From: an uncultured bacterium
GTDB lineage: Bacteria > Abyssobacteria > SURF-5
DNA: 64,000 nucleotides
NCBI GenBank assembly: GCA_964607485.1
Contig: CAZSKP010000008.1
Span: forward strand, 32,001-96,000
Direction of reading: 5' to 3'
Under the pieces are notes generated by a model, which saw only the letters and a list, made by a program, of their open reading frames with translations, was not told the DNA's origin and did no database searches. Shown one piece after another: positions 57,434 to 64,000 of this stretch. Position 1 is the stretch's first letter, and each line of letters starts with the position of its first letter. The position numbers and the translations under genes are program-made.

Positions 57434-57933
57434 GGCCGGTTGGAAGGTGGTGGGCCGCTCTCTGCGTCTGCCTGACGGTCTTCGGCTGCGGCTACTCCGT
57501 CGCGAACACCAGGCTCTCGGACGACTATCGAACCATCGCGATTCCCGCATTCAAGAACGAGAGCTTCGAGCAGGAAGTCCAGATACGCGTCACCAACCTG
57601 CTGATTCGCGAGATGGAAGCCGATGGGCGGCTTCGCGTCGTTGACGACCCGGGCTCCGCCGACCTGGTGCTGAGGGGGGCCATAACCGGCTTCGAAGCGC
57701 ACGCGATAAGCTTCAGCACGGACGACAACATCGGCCAGTTCAAGATAACCCTCGTGGCGAGGGCGACTCTCGAAGACACAAAGACCGGCCGGGTGATATG
57801 GCAGGATGACAATCTGAGAGGGTCGGATTTTTACGAGACGCTCGGCGGACGCACGCGAGCGGAAGGACTGGACGAGGCGGTGGAAAACCTCGTCGAGACG
57901 CTGATATACGAGTGCTTCGACAGTTACTGGTGA
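57430..57933 (+). CDS. lptE: LPS assembly lipoprotein LptE family
   Basis: Lipobox FGCGY, TIAIPAFKNES, ADLVLRGAI; located before holA. Confidence 0.78.
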   Translation: MRPVGRWWAALCVCLTVFGCGYSVANTRLSDDYRTIAIPAFKNESFEQEVQIRVTNLLIREMEADGRLRVVDDPGSADLVLRGAITGFEAHAISFSTDDNIGQFKITLVARATLEDTKTGRVIWQDDNLRGSDFYETLGGRTRAEGLDEAVENLVETLIYECFDSYW

Positions 57934-57991
57934 ACGTGCCGCGTCGCGCCGAAGCTGCCGACTGATGACCTCGACCCGCACCGTCTTCTGA

Positions 57992-58999
57992 ATGACAACA
58001 TACGCCGAGCTCAAAAAGAAACTCCGAAGCGACAACCTCTCACGGCTTTACCTGCTTCTCGGTCCGGAGGAGTATCTTGCGCGCCGACTGACCTCCCGGA
58101 TAATCGAGCTCGCGCTCGGGGACGGGCTGAAAGACTTCAACTTCGCCGAGCTCGACGCCTCCGCGACGGGAGCCCCCGCTCTTCTTCAGGAACTCAACTC
58201 GTACCCGCTGGGCGCATCGAGGCGCGTAGTGCTCATTCGCCAAGTCGTGTCGCTGGCGGACTCGACGCAGGAGGCGCTTCAGACCTCGCTGGCCGACCTG
58301 CCCGACTTCCTCACACTTATCCTCACCGCCGACCGGATGGACAAGCGCAAGACGCTTTACAAGGCGATTGCGAAAGAGGGTGTCGTCGTCGAGCTCAAGC
58401 CGCTGCGGCCGGCCGAGGTGAAGGCGTGGATTCGCGAAGCGCTCCGGGAGCGGGGCAAGCAGATATCTCCCAAGCTCACCGAAAGCATTTTCGAGCTGAC
58501 GGGCGCCGACCTCTCCGATGTTTCCAACGAGGTGAACAACCTTCTGGAATATCTTGGTGAGAGGGAAAAGGTGACGCAGGCCGACGTGGATGCGCTCGTC
58601 ACCTCGAGGCGCAAGGAACCCATTTACAGGCTGACCGAGCACGTCGCCGACAAGGACCTCATCGGCGCGTGGGCCGTTTTGCGACAGATGCTGGCCGAGG
58701 GGGAGCAGGAACTCCGGATTCTGTGGCATCTCGACTTTACGATGAAGAGGATGCTGCGCGCGAAGTGTTTGCTGGAGGATGGAATGGGGGAGGACGCGGT
58801 CGCCGAGGCATTGCAGATACGGCCGTTCCTCAAGTCGCGCTTCCTCCAGCAGGTGCGTTCCTTCTCGCTGGACGAGCTGAAGGCGAAGTACCACACGATT
58901 GTGGAGTGGGACAACAAGTTCAAGTCCACTTCACGCTGGCATCCGGATATCGACCTGGACCTGCTGGTGAGGGAGCTGTGCGCTACGCGAGAGCGTTGA
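57992..58999 (+). CDS. holA: DNA polymerase III delta subunit
   Basis: YLLLGPEEYL, DFNF, P...RRVVL, DKRK; lptE-holA-rpsT synteny. Confidence 0.9.
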   Translation: MTTYAELKKKLRSDNLSRLYLLLGPEEYLARRLTSRIIELALGDGLKDFNFAELDASATGAPALLQELNSYPLGASRRVVLIRQVVSLADSTQEALQTSLADLPDFLTLILTADRMDKRKTLYKAIAKEGVVVELKPLRPAEVKAWIREALRERGKQISPKLTESIFELTGADLSDVSNEVNNLLEYLGEREKVTQADVDALVTSRRKEPIYRLTEHVADKDLIGAWAVLRQMLAEGEQELRILWHLDFTMKRMLRAKCLLEDGMGEDAVAEALQIRPFLKSRFLQQVRSFSLDELKAKYHTIVEWDNKFKSTSRWHPDIDLDLLVRELCATRER

Positions 59000-59246
59000 C
59001 GCGCCGTGTCAGCGAGGATTTTTTCCGCGAAGCCGAGTTCTTGCTGAGAGCTTTTTGGGAAGCGGCCTTGTCGATGGCGGCGGCAACGGTGGGGAGAAGT
59101 TTCCGCGCGCCGTCGGAATCGTTCTGTTCTATTGCGGTCTCAAGCCTCTTTATCGCCGTCTTGTATTTCGAGATGTTCCCGCGATTGCGGAGCCGATGCC
59201 GCTCGTTCTGGCGAATACGCTTGAGGACTGACTTGCTTTTTTTCAC
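58983..59246 (-). CDS. rpsT: 30S ribosomal protein S20
   Basis: KSVLKRIRQNE..RLRN..S.YKTAIK, IDKAA, KNSASRKKSSL; promoter TTGACT-17-TACCAT at 59316-59288. Confidence 0.93.
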   Translation of the reverse strand: MKKSKSVLKRIRQNERHRLRNRGNISKYKTAIKRLETAIEQNDSDGARKLLPTVAAAIDKAASQKALSKNSASRKKSSLTRRVNALA

Positions 59247-59371
59247 GAACCTGAATTCACCTCCCGGTTGCGCCGTATTGGAACCACATGGTAGCAGATT
59301 CCGCTCCGAAAGTCAACAGGGCCCGAGTGAACGCGCCCGTTCCGGTCGCCCAGCGCGACCGCACGTGAGCC

Positions 59372-60952
59372 ATGCCAGAACAACCGCCTGCCGGACATAG
59401 CATCGCCCGCTCTGCGGCGCTGATAGGTTCGGGCACGATGCTCAGCCGCGTGTTCGGGCTCGTCCGCGACATGGTCATCGCCTACCTGTACCCGAAGGCG
59501 GTCAGCGACGCCTTCTTCGTCGCGTTTCGGCTTCCGAACATGCTCCGCGAGATGCTGGCCGAGGGGGCGATGAACGCCGGTTTCATACCCGTGTTCTCCG
59601 ACTACATGGCCACGCGCCCGCGCGAGGAGGCGGAGGAACTGGTGGCGGTAGCGATCGGCGCCATGGCCGCCGTGCTGATGTCGGTCTCGGCGCTCGGGGT
59701 CATTTTCGCGCCGGCCATCGTGCGCTTTATCACGCTCGAATTCGGGCCGCCGAACGACAAGCTGCTGCTGGCGATTCGTCTCGCGAGGCTCCTTTTCCCC
59801 TATATCCTCCTCATCGGCATGGCCTCGCTGTTGATGGCGATTCTGAATTCGCTCCACCGCTTCTTCTCGTCCGCCTACGCGCCGATGCTGCTGAACGTTT
59901 CAATGATCGCCTGCGCGTATCTCTTCCGGCACAGTTTCAGGGAGCCGATATTCGGGCTGGCGGTCGGAGTGGTCGTGGGCGGAGTGCTCCAGATTCTCCT
60001 GCAGATTCCGTTCATTCGGAGGGTGAAAATTCCGCTGCGGGCCGCGTGGAACTTCAGGCACCCGGGGCTGCATCGCATATTCCTGCTGCTTCTGCCCACG
60101 TTCTTCGGCCAGGCGGTGCGCGAGGTGAACATCATCGTCGATACCATGCTGGCATGGTATCTCGGCGAGGGGATGGTCTCCGCGCTTTACTACGCTTACA
60201 GGATCGTGCACCTGCCGCTGGCGGTGTTCGGGCTGGCCATCGCCACGGCCATTTTGCCGACGATGTCGCGCGCATCGAGCACGGGCGACATCGGCGAGCT
60301 CAAGCGAACCCTGTCGCTCGGCCTGAGGTCGGTGTTTTTCATCATGCTGCCGGCGACGGTGGGGCTGATAGTGCTGCGGGTGCCCATCGTGAGGCTCCTG
60401 TTCGAGCATGGGCGGTTCGACGCCGTCGCGACCGACAACACGGCGTTCGCGCTGCTGTTTTATTCGTTCGGCCTCTTCGCCTTCGCGGGCGCCAAGGTGC
60501 TCGCCTTTGCCTTCTACTCGATGAAGGAGACGAAGCTTCCCGTCATGGTCGCGGTGGTTGCGATGGTCTCGAATGTCGTTCTCAACCTGCTGCTCATGAT
60601 TCCGCTGAGGCAGGGCGGGCTGGCGCTGGCGTCGTCCATCTCCTCGACGATCAACATGGTCGTGCTGTGGATGTTCCTCGAAAGGAGAATCGGCGGCCTC
60701 GACGTGCGGACGATAGCGGCGGCCATGGCGAAGATATGCTGCCTGTCGCTGGCGATGGGCGTGTGCGTGTACGTTCTGGCGCTGGGCTGTGCGGGTGCGA
60801 CGGGCACGGCTACGATATGGGGCAAGCTCGTGCACGTCGTGGTTCCCATACTCGGCGGCACCCTCTTCTACGTGGGATTGGCCCTCGCCCTCAACTTCGA
60901 AGAAGCCGCCCAGCTAAAACACATCTGGACCCGCCGACGGAAAACGACATAG
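59372..60952 (+). CDS. murJ: lipid II flippase
   Basis: SRVFGLVRD, DAFFVAFRLPNMLREMLAEGA, LPLAVFG, LLFEHGRF, GLALASS. Confidence 0.95.
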   Translation: MPEQPPAGHSIARSAALIGSGTMLSRVFGLVRDMVIAYLYPKAVSDAFFVAFRLPNMLREMLAEGAMNAGFIPVFSDYMATRPREEAEELVAVAIGAMAAVLMSVSALGVIFAPAIVRFITLEFGPPNDKLLLAIRLARLLFPYILLIGMASLLMAILNSLHRFFSSAYAPMLLNVSMIACAYLFRHSFREPIFGLAVGVVVGGVLQILLQIPFIRRVKIPLRAAWNFRHPGLHRIFLLLLPTFFGQAVREVNIIVDTMLAWYLGEGMVSALYYAYRIVHLPLAVFGLAIATAILPTMSRASSTGDIGELKRTLSLGLRSVFFIMLPATVGLIVLRVPIVRLLFEHGRFDAVATDNTAFALLFYSFGLFAFAGAKVLAFAFYSMKETKLPVMVAVVAMVSNVVLNLLLMIPLRQGGLALASSISSTINMVVLWMFLERRIGGLDVRTIAAAMAKICCLSLAMGVCVYVLALGCAGATGTATIWGKLVHVVVPILGGTLFYVGLALALNFEEAAQLKHIWTRRRKTT

Positions 60953-61151
60953 ACGCAGCGCATTAGGTGCATTTCCCCACTTTGCCTATTTCCCCAAATA
61001 GCGTATCTGGCGATGGTGTGTTACATTTTGAGTTAGTGTATCCCGGCATCGGTACGCATGTCGTCTTCCAGGCTGCGAATATTCGAATGCGAGGTTCCCC
61101 GTTTCCAGCAAGAGAGACCGCTCCGGACATTCATAAGGAGAAAGTGTCGCC

Positions 61152-63659
61152 ATGATGGAAAAAGAAAAGTCGTCTCACGACGATCAAGCCCATCATCACT
61201 CACCTGAGACCCAGAAGAGCGCGGAAGCTCATGGGACAAAGGACCCCGTCTGCGGGATGTCGGTGAATCCGGAAGACTCAATCCGCTATGAACTGGACGG
61301 CAAGGTTTACCATTTCTGCAGCGAGGCCTGCCGTGACAAATTCGCGCAGAATCCGGGCGCCTATCTAAAGGACACAAAGGATGACCGTACACGCGAAACC
61401 GGGGGGCGCTTCGCCGAAACGAAGCCGGAGGCTCCGGAATATACGTGCCCCATGCATCCGGAGGTCCGGCAGAAGGAACCCGGCGCCTGCCCCAAGTGCG
61501 GTATGGCGCTCGAACCCGTCACTACAAGGCGGACCGAAGCCCGAGTCGAGTACACCTGTCCGATGCATCCGGAAGTCGTTCAAGACAAGCCGGGGAATTG
61601 CCCGAAGTGCGGCATGGCATTGGAAAAGAGGACGGCTGAGCCGGAAGAGGCGGAAAGCGCCGAACTTGCCGACATGACCCGGCGCTTTTGGATAAGCGTG
61701 ATCCTCACCGTTCCCGTGTTTGCCATAGCCATGTCGGAGGTGATTCCCGGCCAGCCTCTGCTCAGGTTCATACCCCGGCACCTCGTTTCATGGATCGAGT
61801 TGGCGCTGGCCACGCCGGTGGTGCTTTGGGGCGGATGGCCCTTCTTCCAGCGAGGATGGTCCTCCATAGTAAACTTCAGTCTTAACATGTTCACGTTGAT
61901 CGGATTGGGAACGGGCGCCGCGTATGCGTACAGCGTCATTGCGACGGTCGCGCCGGGGATATTCCCCGAATCGTTTCGCAACGAAGCGGGCGAGGTGGCG
62001 GTGTATTTCGAGGCCGCGGCGGTCATTGTGACGCTGGTGCTTCTCGGCCAGATGCTTGAGCTGAGGGCGCGAAGCCAGACCGGCTCGGCCATCAGGGCTC
62101 TGCTTGGACTTGCCTCAAAGACCGCTCGCCGCGTGCGGGACGACGGCACGGAGGAAGACATTCCGCTCGAAGAGGTGGCGGTGGGAGACCGTCTGCGGGT
62201 GCGCCCCGGCGAGAAAGTTCCGGTCGATGGCGCCATCATCGACGGGGGAAGCGCGATTGACGAGTCGATGATCACCGGAGAGCCGATACCGGTGGAAAAG
62301 AAAGAGGGAGACAGGGTCATCGGCGCAACCGTGAACGGCACCGGCTCATTCGTGATGAAGGCGGAACGAGTGGGGTCCGACACGCTCCTTGCCCAGATCG
62401 TTCATATGGTGGAAGAGGCGCAGCGAAGCCGCGCTCCAATCCAGAAATTGGCCGACGTAGTCGCGGGATATTTTGTCCCGGGCGTGGTCGGGGTGGCGGT
62501 GCTGACGTTCATCATCTGGAGCATAGTCGGTCCCTCGCCCCGTATGGGGCACGCACTGGTGAACGCCGTAGCCGTGCTCATAATCGCCTGTCCCTGCGCG
62601 CTCGGACTGGCCACGCCCATGTCCATCATGGTGTCCACGGGAAAAGGGGCGACGGCGGGTGTCTTGTTCAAGAACGCCGAGGCAATCGAGGTCATGCGCA
62701 AGGTTGACACACTCGTTGTGGACAAGACCGGCACTCTTACCGAGGGGAAACCGAAACTCGTCACTGTTCTGCCGGCCAAAGGATGGAGCGAAACGGATAT
62801 CCTGCGCCTGGCGGGTTCGCTGGAGCGGGGGAGCGAGCATCCTTTAGCCGCCGCAATAATCGCCGGCGCGGAAGAACGCCAGGTCGAGCTGGTCGGGGTG
62901 AAAGACTTTGAGTCGGTCACGGGAAAAGGAGTAAAGGGCGTCATAGAGGGACAATCGCTCGCTCTCGGAAATCAGAAGCTGCTCGAGGCGCTCGGCGTTG
63001 ATGCGGCAGGGCTGGGAACCGATGCAGAAGATCTCAGGTCCGAGGGGCAGACCGTCATGTTTCTGGTCGCCGATAGGTCGGTCGCCGGGTTGTTGGGAGT
63101 AGGCGACCCCATCAAGGGAACGACGCCGGAAGCCATCCGCGGGCTTGCGGACGAGGGTGTCCGCACGGTCATGCTCACGGGCGACAATAAGACGACGGCG
63201 CAGGCCGTCGCCAGAAAACTGGGCCTCGGAGAGGTGATAGCCGACGTGTTGCCCGACCAGAAGGCAGAGGCCGTGAAGCGCCTGCAAGGCGAGGGCCGAA
63301 TCGTAGCCATGGCGGGAGACGGTGTCAACGATGCGCCGGCATTGGCGCAGGCGCAAGTCGGGATCGCCATGGGAACGGGAACGGACGTGGCGATGGAGAG
63401 CGCGGGCGTGACGCTCGTGAAAGGCGACCTGCAGGGAATCGTTCGGGCGCGGCGCCTCAGCCAGGCGACAATGCGGAACATCAAACAGAACCTTTTCTTC
63501 GCCTTCATTTACAATTCTGTCGGCGTCCCAATCGCAGCAGGAATCCTGTATCCGTTCTTCGGCATTTTGCTCAGCCCCATGATTGCGGCGGCGGCCATGA
63601 GCTTCAGTTCCGTGTCGGTCGTGGGAAATGCATTGAGGCTGCGCAAGACATCGCTTTAG
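61152..63659 (+). CDS. copA: Cu(I)/Ag(I)-type P1B ATPase with YHS and two YTCPMH metal-binding domains
   Basis: KDPVCGM..FCS..C, YTCPMHP..CPKCGM x2, [37 protein letters not shown]. Confidence 0.92.
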   Translation: MMEKEKSSHDDQAHHHSPETQKSAEAHGTKDPVCGMSVNPEDSIRYELDGKVYHFCSEACRDKFAQNPGAYLKDTKDDRTRETGGRFAETKPEAPEYTCPMHPEVRQKEPGACPKCGMALEPVTTRRTEARVEYTCPMHPEVVQDKPGNCPKCGMALEKRTAEPEEAESAELADMTRRFWISVILTVPVFAIAMSEVIPGQPLLRFIPRHLVSWIELALATPVVLWGGWPFFQRGWSSIVNFSLNMFTLIGLGTGAAYAYSVIATVAPGIFPESFRNEAGEVAVYFEAAAVIVTLVLLGQMLELRARSQTGSAIRALLGLASKTARRVRDDGTEEDIPLEEVAVGDRLRVRPGEKVPVDGAIIDGGSAIDESMITGEPIPVEKKEGDRVIGATVNGTGSFVMKAERVGSDTLLAQIVHMVEEAQRSRAPIQKLADVVAGYFVPGVVGVAVLTFIIWSIVGPSPRMGHALVNAVAVLIIACPCALGLATPMSIMVSTGKGATAGVLFKNAEAIEVMRKVDTLVVDKTGTLTEGKPKLVTVLPAKGWSETDILRLAGSLERGSEHPLAAAIIAGAEERQVELVGVKDFESVTGKGVKGVIEGQSLALGNQKLLEALGVDAAGLGTDAEDLRSEGQTVMFLVADRSVAGLLGVGDPIKGTTPEAIRGLADEGVRTVMLTGDNKTTAQAVARKLGLGEVIADVLPDQKAEAVKRLQGEGRIVAMAGDGVNDAPALAQAQVGIAMGTGTDVAMESAGVTLVKGDLQGIVRARRLSQATMRNIKQNLFFAFIYNSVGVPIAAGILYPFFGILLSPMIAAAAMSFSSVSVVGNALRLRKTSL

Positions 63660-63676
63660 TAGAGGAACAGACCCCG

Positions 63677-63737
63677 CAACTATAAAGAAACCGCCCAGCT
63701 AAGACACATCTGGACACGCCGCCGAAAAACTACGTAG
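63677..63737 (+). repeat. diverged duplicate of the last 61 bp of murJ (60892-60952)
   Basis: 51/61 identical by manual alignment; translates ..QLRHIWTRRRKTT* versus ..QLKHIWTRRRKTT*. Confidence 0.85.
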
Positions 63738-63879
63738 CCGCGTTCCTTTCCCACTGACCGCCCGCGAAAGAGCAAAAAATAGGTATTATGTCCCCGGAAT
63801 TCTGGAATTCACTTGCCTGCTGGCGCTCTGTTCCAGAAGTACCTTTACAAATTCACCCGACGCACCGCTGACCGTTTAT

Positions 63880-63932
63880 GTCATTCCCACGAAAGTGGGA
63901 ATCCAGTTTGTAAAGAAAAATCTTGGATCCCC
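63880..63932. repeat. GTCATTCCC-type palindromic element (partial)
   Basis: GTCATTCCCACGAAAGTGGGAATCCAG...TGGATCCCC; same GTCAT-led architecture as the GIY-YIG-flanking elements. Confidence 0.65.
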
Positions 63933-64000
63933 CACCTTCCCCGTTCCTATCTGCCCACTAAGAACATGTCAACAACTGCTTTGTTAAATTCTCCGTTTAA

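Overview
A GC-rich bacterial chromosomal segment. BamD, LptE and a porin indicate a diderm; a 2-oxoacid:ferredoxin oxidoreductase and futalosine menaquinone genes suggest an anaerobe. The housekeeping and metabolic backbone comprises a DASS/SLC13 transporter, an OprO/P-type porin behind a probable Na+ (DUF1646) riboswitch, a GH1 glucosidase, mqnE-mqnA-mqnC, a four-gene Vor-type oxidoreductase operon, bamD-lptE-holA, rpsT, murJ and a CopA-type ATPase. Between these lie a chemotaxis-independent CheB/CheR/multi-PAS kinase module, an ArsS (arsenosugar-type radical SAM) cluster with a triple-fused glycosyltransferase, and small AT-richer cassettes (GxxExxY, membrane-anchored HNH, hicBA, an orphan CI/Cro-like switch). 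The most unusual signal is non-coding. At least four families of short palindromic or tandem repeats sit at cassette junctions, and three occur with a co-located nuclease or transposase gene (RAYT, GIY-YIG, GxxExxY). Two cargo blocks (17.07-18.89 kb and 19.50-21.66 kb) lie between the two halves of a split palindrome. There is also an unrecognised ~250-nt structured RNA candidate at 11.97-12.21 kb and a codon-conserved duplicate of the murJ 3' end bracketing copA. No rRNA, tRNA or CRISPR array was seen. All family assignments come from motif recognition by eye; no database searches were run.
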